From an uncultured virus (IMG/VR IMGVR_UViG_3300030107_007281) (taxonomy: Duplodnaviria > Heunggongvirae > Uroviricota > Caudoviricetes): a stretch of DNA of 64,000 nt. Shown here in pieces: positions 48,006-57,175 of this stretch (its first letter is position 1; each line of letters begins with the position of its first letter). The DNA is taken from IMG/VR virus record IMGVR_UViG_3300030107_007281, one strand, 5' to 3'. A program made the position numbers and the translations under genes. The notes beneath the pieces were generated by a model. It was not told the DNA's origin and ran no database searches. It saw nothing but the letters and a program-made list of their open reading frames with translations.

Positions 48006-48586
48006 TTGTTTCTCCCATCTAAGATTAAACTTGTCTCTCCTTTAATATAGGCTTTGTAAATTTCATCAACAACCCAATTGGCATCCATAGCGTTTTTCCT
48101 TTCGGGTGTGGTTTTTATATTGGTTGGATATATATCCAATGTTTGAATATTTTCTTGCTCTAATTCATAACTATTTGAAAAGCCCCTAAGACCCCACTTT
48201 GTAGCAGAGTATAGAGTTCTATTTTTCTTTATTTCTAATCCAACCATAGAATTGATATTAATAATGTTATTAAGATATTTTGACAATAAAAAAACTAAAA
48301 TTATTGGTGCTCTTAAATTAACATTAATCATGGAATTGATTTCTTCTATATCGTAATCCTCTAATTTCTTACTAGGGCATCCGATTGCTGCATTGTTGAT
48401 CAAAAGCTTTACATCGTTATCAACAGAAAGCTCAACTAGGCTCTTAATATCTTCTATATTATTCAAATCAAAATGCTTTCTACCGTTGTGTTTTATAACT
48501 TTATGACCCATAGACTCAAATTTTTCAGCTAGAAAAACTCCAAGTCCCGATGAGCATCCTGTTATTAACACATTGTCCTTAATCAT
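48002..48586 (-). CDS. Classical short-chain dehydrogenase/reductase
   Basis: ITGCSSGLG, LINNAA and YSATK. Confidence 0.85.
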   Translation of the reverse strand: MIKDNVLITGCSSGLGVFLAEKFESMGHKVIKHNGRKHFDLNNIEDIKSLVELSVDNDVKLLINNAAIGCPSKKLEDYDIEEINSMINVNLRAPIILVFLLSKYLNNIININSMVGLEIKKNRTLYSATKWGLRGFSNSYELEQENIQTLDIYPTNIKTTPERKNAMDANWVVDEIYKAYIKGETSLILDGRNK

Positions 48587-49559
48587 TTTTCTCCAATAAT
48601 TTAAAAACATCTTTTCCAGCATCAGCTAGTTCTTTGTTTGCCAAATACCACTTAATAGTTTCTGCTACACCTTCTTCTATGGAGATTTGAGGCTCAAAAC
48701 CATATTTTTTTGCCCTAGACATATCAAAAACTCTTCTAGGATCACCTGTTGGTTTTGATGTATCCCATTCAATCTGTACATTCGCCTCTTTTGCTACTGC
48801 CTCGGCGATTCTTTTAATGCTGATTTCATCGCCAGAGCCTAAATTCATAGGTTCTGTTATTTTATTTTCAACAGCAAAGATCATTCCTTTTGCTACATCT
48901 CTGGCATGTATAAAGTCTCTTATTGCGGAGCCGTCGCCCCAGACTTGAAGCTTGTCGTTTGAAAACGCTTTTCTAATTAATGATGGAATAACCATAGCAC
49001 TATCTAAGTCAAAATTATCATAAGAGCCATATACATTCGCAGGTCTAACAATAGAACATTTACCTTGTCCATATTGTTTTTGGTATGCCAAACATTGAAG
49101 CTCACCCATTCTCTTTGCCCAGCCGCCGAACCAATCATTTTTAGACGGTTGTGTTGACCAAACGTCGTCTTCCTTTAATACTTCTGCTGGTTGGTAAACC
49201 CCAACTGTGCTGGTGTATAAATACCACTTAACATGTTGTTGCATTGCAGCTTCTAACATATTGGTATTAAATTGCATCATTGGGCCCATAATTTTGGCAG
49301 GCTCCTCAATACAAACCCTAGGAGAACATTTTATACCCACCAAATTAAAAACATAATCCATGTTTTCACATATTTTCAAACAAGATGAATATTCTCTTAA
49401 ATCTACTTTAACAAAAGTAACTTTATCTTTTAAATCTTCTGGTTGTTTTAGATCTGCGACAAAAACGTTTGCACCACGATCTACCAATATTTTAACCAAT
49501 TCTCTACCAATCATACCAGCACCGCCGGTGACCAATATTTTCTGATTTTTAAACATCAT
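48579..49559 (-). CDS. Extended SDR, GDP-sugar epimerase/reductase-like (atypical catalytic motif)
   Basis: VTGGAGMIG, RPANVYG and VWGDGSAIRDFIH; YxxxK appears as GGWAK. Confidence 0.8.
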   Translation of the reverse strand: MMFKNQKILVTGGAGMIGRELVKILVDRGANVFVADLKQPEDLKDKVTFVKVDLREYSSCLKICENMDYVFNLVGIKCSPRVCIEEPAKIMGPMMQFNTNMLEAAMQQHVKWYLYTSTVGVYQPAEVLKEDDVWSTQPSKNDWFGGWAKRMGELQCLAYQKQYGQGKCSIVRPANVYGSYDNFDLDSAMVIPSLIRKAFSNDKLQVWGDGSAIRDFIHARDVAKGMIFAVENKITEPMNLGSGDEISIKRIAEAVAKEANVQIEWDTSKPTGDPRRVFDMSRAKKYGFEPQISIEEGVAETIKWYLANKELADAGKDVFKLLEKND

Positions 49560-50703
49560 TTAGCCTCGCACATAGATGTAAAATTTGTTCTTCGGAGAGT
49601 TCTGGGTGGTTGCCCAGATAAAGACCGAAATCGTGAATATAATCTGAGGTGTTTAAGTTGCCAACGACTTTATAGCCGTATCTCTCTAAATATGGTTGCC
49701 TTGCTTGGTTGCCACCACCGGCTGTACCTAAACGATACTCAACTCCTTCTTCTTCTAAAATTTTACAAACCTCTTTGATCTTATTATTATTTTTTCTGAG
49801 TATTAAAGGTAAAGCATAATTACTGCTACCTTCAACAATATACTCATTATAGTATAACACATTATTCAGATTTTTCAACCAAATTTTTAAATTTTTTTGT
49901 CTTTTTTCAATATTTTGATCTAATCTTTTAATTTGTTCAAGCCCAAGAACTGCATTAATTTCTGTGGACCGCATATTATAACCCGGAACAGCAAAAGTAA
50001 ATAATGGATTTACATCTGCTTTTGCATATTTTTCATGAGTTTGCTTATCTGCTTCTCTTGTCATACCATGAGACCTAAACATTCTTGCTAATTGATAAAT
50101 TTCATAATCATTTGTACAAACCATGCCACCTTCAATAGTGGTCATGTGGTGTCCAAAATAAAAAGAAAAACAAGACATATCCCCAATTGAACCAACTTTT
50201 TTACCATTATATGTTGCTCCGTGAGACTCACAGCAGTCTTCAATCAAAAGTAAATTATGCTCGTCTGCCAATTCAATTATCTTTTTATTAATTCCATTAA
50301 AACCCAGCGCATGAACTAAAACTATTGCTTTTGTATTTTCATTTATTGCAGATTTAATATTTTCATATGAGATAGCCATTGTATTTAAATCAACATCAAC
50401 AAAAACTGGAAGAAAACCTGTATTAATAACTGATGAAATATCTGATACCCATCCAATTGGAGGAACAATTATCTCTCCTTTTTGGCCCTTCAATTCTCTA
50501 ACTATTGAAGTGGTTATATAATTAGCTGCGGCACCTGATCCAACCATAACACTATATTTGACACCAAGCCAATCTGACCATGTTTTCTCAAACTCTTTTA
50601 CTTTTGGTCCGTTAGTGAATCTATTTGTGTTAAGTATAAAATCAGACATGATTTTTTTGTCATTTTCTGTTATATTATCGTTTATTAGGGGCCATTTAAA
50701 CAT
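49549..50703 (-). CDS. ColD-like PLP-dependent GDP-4-keto-6-deoxy-sugar 3-dehydratase (DegT/DnrJ family)
   Basis: IEDCCESHG; SFYFGHHMTTIEGGM has His at the Schiff-base Lys position; PGYNMR; about 384 aa with no evident Fe-S insertion. Confidence 0.8.
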   Translation of the reverse strand: MFKWPLINDNITENDKKIMSDFILNTNRFTNGPKVKEFEKTWSDWLGVKYSVMVGSGAAANYITTSIVRELKGQKGEIIVPPIGWVSDISSVINTGFLPVFVDVDLNTMAISYENIKSAINENTKAIVLVHALGFNGINKKIIELADEHNLLLIEDCCESHGATYNGKKVGSIGDMSCFSFYFGHHMTTIEGGMVCTNDYEIYQLARMFRSHGMTREADKQTHEKYAKADVNPLFTFAVPGYNMRSTEINAVLGLEQIKRLDQNIEKRQKNLKIWLKNLNNVLYYNEYIVEGSSNYALPLILRKNNNKIKEVCKILEEEGVEYRLGTAGGGNQARQPYLERYGYKVVGNLNTSDYIHDFGLYLGNHPELSEEQILHLCARLNDV

Positions 50704-51601
50704 TACAAATCTCCTTTACCTTTTTTATTATCTCATCGCAATTTGGTGGCAAATTATCAACGTCAGGATGAAAGCCAGCAGTTCTATGTTTTAGGCACAA
50801 AGTGTGGACTTTTTTATTTGCAGATATCATCATTCGATGAGCTATACTACTTGCTGTTCCTTCTTCGTAATCATCATCCAAAACAATGCCACCAAATTTA
50901 GAATTATTTAATGCACTTTTCCACTCGTCTTTAAAATGAAAAGGCTTTATCCAAAGTTGGTGTACAATGTTGACCTTAAAACCCATGCTTTCTAATTTAT
51001 TTTTAGCCTCAATAGCTGCAAATCGTGTTATAGAGATCGGAAACAAAGTTATATCTGCTTCTGGTAAGATACTATTATCTAATTCCTCTGTGTTGTCGTA
51101 GCTTTTACGATGTTCAGAAATGTAATAAACATCGTCATCTTTCATGAATTGCTCGTATGCATATTCATATTCTTTTGGTGTCATCGGAGATAAGATTTTA
51201 ACACCCGGCATTCTTTGGTAAATTGAATGATGCGAGGAACCAGCGACAGGACCAATACCTCCCTCCATCGCAACACTTCTAATCAACAATGGACTTGGAC
51301 GGTTCCATATTTCCTTTGATTTCATAGCATAATTTGTTATTATAGGAGAATTAAACCATTGAAATCCTTGATATCTAACAACATATATTGGTCTTTGACC
51401 AGCCAAAGCAGCACCAACAACAATTCCAGCACCAGCAACATCAGCCATAGAAAGTTCAACCATACCATCTTCTTCATACAACTCAGGAAGTGTTCCACCA
51501 ACCCATCCAACAGCAGTCAGGCATTGGCCATAGCATTTTGATCCTTTGGAAAGATGATCTCTGGTTAGTTCCTTTATTGTTTGTCTAACTGTTTTTTCCA
51601 T
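50696..51601 (-). CDS. TPP-dependent enzyme, E1-beta/transketolase C-terminal-like subunit
   Basis: GAALAGQRPI, GSSHHS, PGVKILSP and YISEHR motifs; paired with the alpha subunit. Confidence 0.75.
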   Translation of the reverse strand: MEKTVRQTIKELTRDHLSKGSKCYGQCLTAVGWVGGTLPELYEEDGMVELSMADVAGAGIVVGAALAGQRPIYVVRYQGFQWFNSPIITNYAMKSKEIWNRPSPLLIRSVAMEGGIGPVAGSSHHSIYQRMPGVKILSPMTPKEYEYAYEQFMKDDDVYYISEHRKSYDNTEELDNSILPEADITLFPISITRFAAIEAKNKLESMGFKVNIVHQLWIKPFHFKDEWKSALNNSKFGGIVLDDDYEEGTASSIAHRMMISANKKVHTLCLKHRTAGFHPDVDNLPPNCDEIIKKVKEICNV

Positions 51602-52407
51602 TCCATCTCCACTTTGTTTTTTGTTTCCTCATGAATTTTTTCAGCTTCTTGACCTAAAATTTTCTTTTCTTCTTCATAGCGATCAAAAATATTTTCATCA
51701 TCAATGCCAGCACCAGAGTGCCAAAATTTTCTATGTGTGTTAACATTTAATAAAAGCGGCCCATCAAATGCGCCTTTCAAGTGATCTCTTATTTGCATAG
51801 GGTGATCTTTTATGTCATATGCTTTCATATTAAATGCTTTGGCAACATCGGCCATTTCCCAATTTCTTCTAACTTTTTTTTCTGTAAGAATCGAAAGATT
51901 GTTATCTTCAACAATAAACAATATAGGTAAATTTTTTGTACTTGCCCACCCCAGTGCGCCCAAAACATAATCTTCTTCTGCTGATGCGTCTCCCATATAA
52001 ACAATTGTTGGGTGTTTAGTTTTATAACAATGTCCAACAGAAATAGGCACTTGCGATCCCATCAAACCATCATGTCCAAAAATATTTTTTACTTTTGAAT
52101 GAATAGAGGCAGAACCTCCCATACCACCTGTGCAACCATTTTTTCGTCCCAGCAATTCATTTATTAATTCATCCACGGGAGCGTCGAAAGAAAGGTAAGT
52201 TGAGTGACCTCGGTGTTGTATGAAAATATTAGGCTCGATGTTCATTTCTTTCATATTTTCTGCTATTGAGGCTGATATATATTCTTGACCTGCCGATAGA
52301 TAAATCGGAAATTTAAACAACTTGTTTTTTATTCCATTAAATACATATTCTTCAAAGTTCCTACACAAAGAAGCCCTTTTAAAGACTTCTATACGATAAT
52401 CAAGCAT
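51574..52407 (-). CDS. TPP-dependent enzyme, E1-alpha-like subunit
   Basis: YLSAGQE, HRGH, GGMGGSASIH, and the TPP motif MGDASAEE...IVEDN. Confidence 0.85.
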   Translation of the reverse strand: MLDYRIEVFKRASLCRNFEEYVFNGIKNKLFKFPIYLSAGQEYISASIAENMKEMNIEPNIFIQHRGHSTYLSFDAPVDELINELLGRKNGCTGGMGGSASIHSKVKNIFGHDGLMGSQVPISVGHCYKTKHPTIVYMGDASAEEDYVLGALGWASTKNLPILFIVEDNNLSILTEKKVRRNWEMADVAKAFNMKAYDIKDHPMQIRDHLKGAFDGPLLLNVNTHRKFWHSGAGIDDENIFDRYEEEKKILGQEAEKIHEETKNKVEMEWKKQLDKQ

Positions 52408-52792
52408 TAAAATTCTCCAAATATTCCATAGTGTCGTTCCAATTCTTAAACAAATAGCCTTTATCATCAATATACAAAAAAGCCCTTGGCTTTTCTGCTG
52501 TTATCTCTGATACATACTGCATAACATCGTGTTTGATTAACCATTCTTTTACTAACTGAGTTCCTGTCTTATCGTTAACGAGAGGTCTACTTGGTTTGGC
52601 TTTTGCAGTAAAAATAATAATTTTATACTTCTTAGAAAGCTCCTTTATTGCTTTTAATGATCCACTTATTGGCTTTCCATAACATGTACCATCATGATAA
52701 CCTTTATCAAAATTATGTATGACGCCATCAAAATCAATCGCTATGTTTTTTGCATCGCTTTCAAATCCCGGTGGAAAATTATTTTCTATCAT
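52400..52792 (-). CDS. Small HAD-family phosphatase
   Basis: IDFDGV, FTA and KPRAFLYIDDK. Confidence 0.8.
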   Translation of the reverse strand: MIENNFPPGFESDAKNIAIDFDGVIHNFDKGYHDGTCYGKPISGSLKAIKELSKKYKIIIFTAKAKPSRPLVNDKTGTQLVKEWLIKHDVMQYVSEITAEKPRAFLYIDDKGYLFKNWNDTMEYLENFNA

Positions 52793-53457
52793 TGTTTTTC
52801 CATTTTCATAATTATAGTGTTTTCTTTAACACCTTTGAAAACCTGTATTAATTGTTTTAAAACATTAGAAGATACAATATCTCCTGCACCGGCTACATTT
52901 ATTCCATACTCTGCTACAAGGCCGCCTTTTAAAAACATAATATTTATATTATCGTCAGTTTTTTCAAAATCTTCGATATTTAAAATATTTTTAACAGTCA
53001 AGGTACATCCAGAGAATTTATAAATGTTTTCTTCACCTTTTGGTGGATCTTCTATCCATAAACACTCTTCTTGTTTGGGATAATCATGAGAAGAGTCTTC
53101 ATACGGCTTCCCTTCTCTTCCATATGAATCTTTTAATCTTACTAAGTCATATTTGTCAACTGGTGTTTCTATTTCAAATACATTTGCACCTTCATCAGAC
53201 ACAGCACAGGTTGAATGAAATAAACCTTTTCTAATCATTATTTTATTGACCGGCCTTAAAGGATTATCATTGTTAAGAAATGAAACAACTGCCTCTCCTT
53301 TCAATAAGGCCAAGCCAGTTGTCTTTTTCGGATGACAGTGCATTGAAGTTCTTTGATCTTTATTGATATGTAAAAACCATAATGCACACTCTTCGTTTTC
53401 ATAAGCAAGATATTCATAGCCCCAAGGCTTTTTTACTATATTATTTTCGTACCTCAT
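52789..53457 (-). CDS. Cupin-fold (mannose-6-phosphate isomerase type II-like) protein
   Basis: VKKPWGYE, TSMHCHPKK, FHS, EIETP and DLVRLKDSYGR. Confidence 0.8.
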   Translation of the reverse strand: MRYENNIVKKPWGYEYLAYENEECALWFLHINKDQRTSMHCHPKKTTGLALLKGEAVVSFLNNDNPLRPVNKIMIRKGLFHSTCAVSDEGANVFEIETPVDKYDLVRLKDSYGREGKPYEDSSHDYPKQEECLWIEDPPKGEENIYKFSGCTLTVKNILNIEDFEKTDDNINIMFLKGGLVAEYGINVAGAGDIVSSNVLKQLIQVFKGVKENTIIMKMEKQ

Positions 53458-53996
53458 TTGCCTCTCTTCTTAAAAACTTCATATCCGGTCCTCATCCATT
53501 CGCCCATAAAATCATAATGAGGAGAGGAAACTATGTTTTTGTCTACAACAACAGGGCCTCTATGGTATGTTGCACCAGCATTATTGATATCAGCTTCAAT
53601 AGCATAATAGCCAGATACTGTTTTACCTCTAATAACATCTGCTGTGATTAGCAATTGGGCTCCGTTACATAAGGACAAAATAGTTCTATCTAATGCGTCC
53701 CATTCACGAACGAATTCAACTACCCCTTTTTCTAATCTTAATTTCTCCAACGCTTTAACACCGCCGGGTATAACCAACAAATCATACTCTTGCAAGTATT
53801 TTTCTCGATTTTTTGGATTGTTAAAATCCTCTGTCAGTATATCGCCCACCATATGACAACCTAAAATACCATAAAATCTTCCCAACTGATTGGCTACAAT
53901 TGTAACTTCAAAATTGTTTTCTTTTAAACTATGATAAGGGTATATAACTTCGTGGTCTTGAAAACCAGCGTATGTAAGAATAATTGCTTTTTTCAT
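53454..53996 (-). CDS. DJ-1/PfpI family protein
   Basis: GFQDHEVIYP, YDLLVIPGG, nucleophile elbow SLCNGAQLL and VVVDKNIVSS. Confidence 0.85.
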   Translation of the reverse strand: MKKAIILTYAGFQDHEVIYPYHSLKENNFEVTIVANQLGRFYGILGCHMVGDILTEDFNNPKNREKYLQEYDLLVIPGGVKALEKLRLEKGVVEFVREWDALDRTILSLCNGAQLLITADVIRGKTVSGYYAIEADINNAGATYHRGPVVVDKNIVSSPHYDFMGEWMRTGYEVFKKRGK

Positions 53997-54004
53997 AAAT
54001 TCTC

Positions 54005-54481
54005 CTATTTGTCTCTAAATTGTAATATTGGATTATTAATCGGCCAATTTATATTTAACCTTTCATCATTCCATTTTATTGTAAACTGATCTTTTACATC
54101 TGGATAGTCTCCATCATAAGACCATTTATAGTGAAAAACTGAACTATCACTCATCACTAAAAATCCATTTCCAACTCCGGGCGGAAGTAAAACCTGTTTT
54201 CTTTTTTTATCATCAAGAATTAGCCAATCCCAAACATGAAATGTTTCAGAATTTTTTCTATTATCTACGACAACAAAATACATTTCTCCATATAAACAAG
54301 TTATTAACTTCCAAGACTTTTGATCTCCGTGGATTCCTCTTAAAACATGTTTTCTACTAGTAGAAACCTTATCGTGATTAAAGTCTAGCCCATGATCTCC
54401 TTGTTTCCATAAGGTCCACAAATCTCCCCTATAATCACAATATACATCTGGTTCTACTATTTTAACATCTTTAATTTTCAT
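54005..54481 (-). CDS. rmlC: RmlC-like NDP-4-keto-6-deoxyhexose 3,5-epimerase
   Basis: DYRG, VLRGIH, KLITCLYG and VVVDNR; likely start ATG 54481. The second catalytic His position reads GNGF. Confidence 0.75.
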   Translation of the reverse strand: MKIKDVKIVEPDVYCDYRGDLWTLWKQGDHGLDFNHDKVSTSRKHVLRGIHGDQKSWKLITCLYGEMYFVVVDNRKNSETFHVWDWLILDDKKRKQVLLPPGVGNGFLVMSDSSVFHYKWSYDGDYPDVKDQFTIKWNDERLNINWPINNPILQFRDK

Positions 54482-54887
54482 TCTGCCAACTAATTTCCCA
54501 GTCTTTAAATTCAGCAGCAAGACAGTCTATCTTGTAATCCTTTCTACCACCAGCTAACTCTTGTATCTTATTTTTTGCTGTATTTCTAATACCATTAAGA
54601 CCGTGTGTCAATTCAAGATCGTTTCCATCTTTAATACCTTTACGATAATTTGACTCATTGTGCCATATATGTAAATTCATTTGCGACAAGACTACAATAG
54701 CCCTTATGGTGTTACTATCCAATATAACATCTTTTTCACCAAGTGTCAAGTCAATATCGTGTAAAATATCAGAAATCTCTTTAGCATATTCATTTTTATG
54801 TTCTGGTATGAAAACCTCTTTCAATTGAACAATAGAAAGTCTATCAATTAGTTCTGATAATGTTGGTAAATATTTTCTATTCGCCAT
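54471..54887 (-). CDS. Helical hypothetical protein of glycan clusters (possibly DUF4254/DUF6165-like)
   Basis: ELIDRLSIVQLK...MNLHIWHNE...LNGIRNTAKNKI. Confidence 0.5.
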   Translation of the reverse strand: MANRKYLPTLSELIDRLSIVQLKEVFIPEHKNEYAKEISDILHDIDLTLGEKDVILDSNTIRAIVVLSQMNLHIWHNESNYRKGIKDGNDLELTHGLNGIRNTAKNKIQELAGGRKDYKIDCLAAEFKDWEISWQNEN

Positions 54888-54888
54888 T

Positions 54889-55698
54889 TTATCTCCTTTG
54901 TTTAAATCCGTAGTATCTTAATATTCTATCAAATATACCTCTTTCGTATTTAGGGTTGGCCAAACAACGAACATGAGAGGGTATCTGTTTCAAATAATAT
55001 TGTATAAGTTTTCTTTTTTTAGATTGTTTATCGAGACTTAAATCATAAAAATTATTATCATCAGTTATTTTATCATATTTTCTCAATAATTCTCGCGATG
55101 GAATCTGGATTTTCCATGGTCTAATAAAATTGGCTACCTTATTCAATTCTTCCAAGCTAGTAATAGAAACATTACCGTAGTCTTGATCGAAAAACCAAGA
55201 CTTATATAGCTCCTTGGTTGCAATTTGATAACTATCGCACTGATCATTGGTTATCCAAGCTTGTGTTGGGGCTGGGTGCTTTTCTCCATCCCAAATACCA
55301 TGATCAATAATCACACAATTTAATAAATTTTTTACCCAATTAGAAATGTTTATTGACGCCAATTTATCAACACCAGCTTCTCTTCTAAAATTTAAAACTT
55401 CTTTTAAATGGTTAACATCACTATCAACAAATAAAGAATCATATTGAGAACAAACCCAAATAAAATCGCTGTCAAATTGATCGGCCATTAGTTGCCATTC
55501 TTTTTGAGTTTTATTGATCTGATTTCTTACATCAACTTTGTGTTCATTAAATGTATTATAAATAATTTTTTCAACTTCTTCAAATGATTCGCTATTAATA
55601 TAAAAAAATGTTTTTTTAAAGGGAAAGGATTTTATACTAATAAGAAATCTTTCAAAAAGCTGCTTATCTTTTACAGTTCCGTTAAATAAGAAATTCAT
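54889..55698 (-). CDS. Hypothetical protein (possible degenerate glycosyltransferase)
   Basis: 269-aa ORF inside the glycan operon; WVCSQYDSLFVD. Confidence 0.5.
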   Translation of the reverse strand: MNFLFNGTVKDKQLFERFLISIKSFPFKKTFFYINSESFEEVEKIIYNTFNEHKVDVRNQINKTQKEWQLMADQFDSDFIWVCSQYDSLFVDSDVNHLKEVLNFRREAGVDKLASINISNWVKNLLNCVIIDHGIWDGEKHPAPTQAWITNDQCDSYQIATKELYKSWFFDQDYGNVSITSLEELNKVANFIRPWKIQIPSRELLRKYDKITDDNNFYDLSLDKQSKKRKLIQYYLKQIPSHVRCLANPKYERGIFDRILRYYGFKQRR

Positions 55699-56300
55699 AT
55701 CTTCTCCACTATAAAGTCTTTCATGTCTATTAGTTCTTTTATTTCTTTTAAATCTCTTTTAATAAAAATAATCCCGCAACCTTGTCCATCAACAGTTGGA
55801 TCTTTTGCATAAAACATGCTATCTGTATGCGGTTTAATCAAGTCTAAAATATAGTCTTTGTCGCAATCTTTACCATCATAGGAATCATAACCATGACGAG
55901 ATGATATCGTACCGTCTTCATTTGGAGTTTTAAAATCATCTATTATGATAATGGGGCTTTCTAATTTACAAATGTTTTCTATCTCTCCGCGAAGTGGCCA
56001 AGCTTTTGGATTCCAGTGTGCATCTAAATAAAAAACGGGATTATTGTTATCTTTAAAAAGATTTATATTATTTTTCAAATAGCTTTTTGAATCACTTTGA
56101 ATTATTGTTGTGTTTGGGTCATTCTTAAATATTTTTCTACCATATTCACAATACAGGGGATTTATTTCTATTTCTATTATCTTCAAATCTTTAAACCAAG
56201 ACCTAACAACGGTTGTCGTTGAGCCTCTAAAAAACCCAGTCTCTACAAAAAGATCAGATTGAAAATTTTTAATTATTTGTTTTGCTACGTCATTTATCAT
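55695..56300 (-). CDS. Class I SAM-dependent methyltransferase-like protein
   Basis: FVETGFFRG, IEIEI, SDS, FYLDAH and IIIDD. Confidence 0.75.
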   Translation of the reverse strand: MINDVAKQIIKNFQSDLFVETGFFRGSTTTVVRSWFKDLKIIEIEINPLYCEYGRKIFKNDPNTTIIQSDSKSYLKNNINLFKDNNNPVFYLDAHWNPKAWPLRGEIENICKLESPIIIIDDFKTPNEDGTISSRHGYDSYDGKDCDKDYILDLIKPHTDSMFYAKDPTVDGQGCGIIFIKRDLKEIKELIDMKDFIVEKI

Positions 56301-57175
56301 ATTAAAAACCTAAAAATATATTTTGTCACTTCATTATCAATATTGAATGTATGGTCTGTTGTCTTTTGTTTGTGTAAATTGACACTAGTTCTGGCTGTGT
56401 AGTTATCATACAGTCCATATCTAACCCACAAACACCTTCTAACTGCTTTTGGTTGTAAGGTCATCCCATAATGAATACCCCAGTTATCTTCTATGAAGCC
56501 GTCTCCCGCATTGCCAACCAATATTTTTGGCCTTTCATCGATAGGTGTTAAAACACTACCTACCTTAGCTCCTTTAATTCCTTTATGTGTTCCAGATTCA
56601 TAAACATGCGGACCATTTGTTAAATCAACATCATCCAGATATATAAATAAAGATAAAAATTTAAAGTCATCTAAATCTCTATGTCTTCTTGTAGTTCCAT
56701 GTCCAGATGTACCAACAGATAACATACAATTTATACCATAGCAAGTTGGCAAACAACCCAAATACTGTGAGACAATATTTATTATCAAAGGATTAGAAGC
56801 AATATTGGTAATTGTTTTGCATTTTATTAAATCCTGCATGGACCAACAATAAATACCATTTAATGAATCAATGTCATAATCATACATTGGGACACCATCA
56901 CTGTACAAATCATTCTTTATATGGCCCTTATAAATAGGAAAATTTTCCAACTCTTTTTTAGTTTCAAGTGAATTTAAAATATTTCCCAAATATAAGCAAC
57001 CATCTTCATTTAAAGTTTGATTTGGTGTGGAAAGGTGTTTAGTGTTTTTATTAATATGTTCTCTTATAATATTATAGTAATGTTCTTTTTTTTCTAAATT
57101 TAAATCTGTTTCTTCAGACAATCCACTCAATTCAACAGGTACTAAATTTTTTATCTCTTTGTGATCATTGATCAT
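56297..57175 (-). CDS. PhyH-like Fe(II)/2-oxoglutarate dioxygenase
   Basis: RHRDLDD...FIYLDDV...GPHVYESGTH and GNAGDGFIEDNWGIHYG...R. Confidence 0.8.
   Translation of the reverse strand: MINDHKEIKNLVPVELSGLSEETDLNLEKKEHYYNIIREHINKNTKHLSTPNQTLNEDGCLYLGNILNSLETKKELENFPIYKGHIKNDLYSDGVPMYDYDIDSLNGIYCWSMQDLIKCKTITNIASNPLIINIVSQYLGCLPTCYGINCMLSVGTSGHGTTRRHRDLDDFKFLSLFIYLDDVDLTNGPHVYESGTHKGIKGAKVGSVLTPIDERPKILVGNAGDGFIEDNWGIHYGMTLQPKAVRRCLWVRYGLYDNYTARTSVNLHKQKTTDHTFNIDNEVTKYIFRFLI

Noticed and set aside
50696..52407. Pyruvate dehydrogenase as a central-metabolism auxiliary gene
   Set aside because: No E2/E3 partner in the window, divergent motifs, and embedded among NDP-sugar genes; sugar branching is more plausible.
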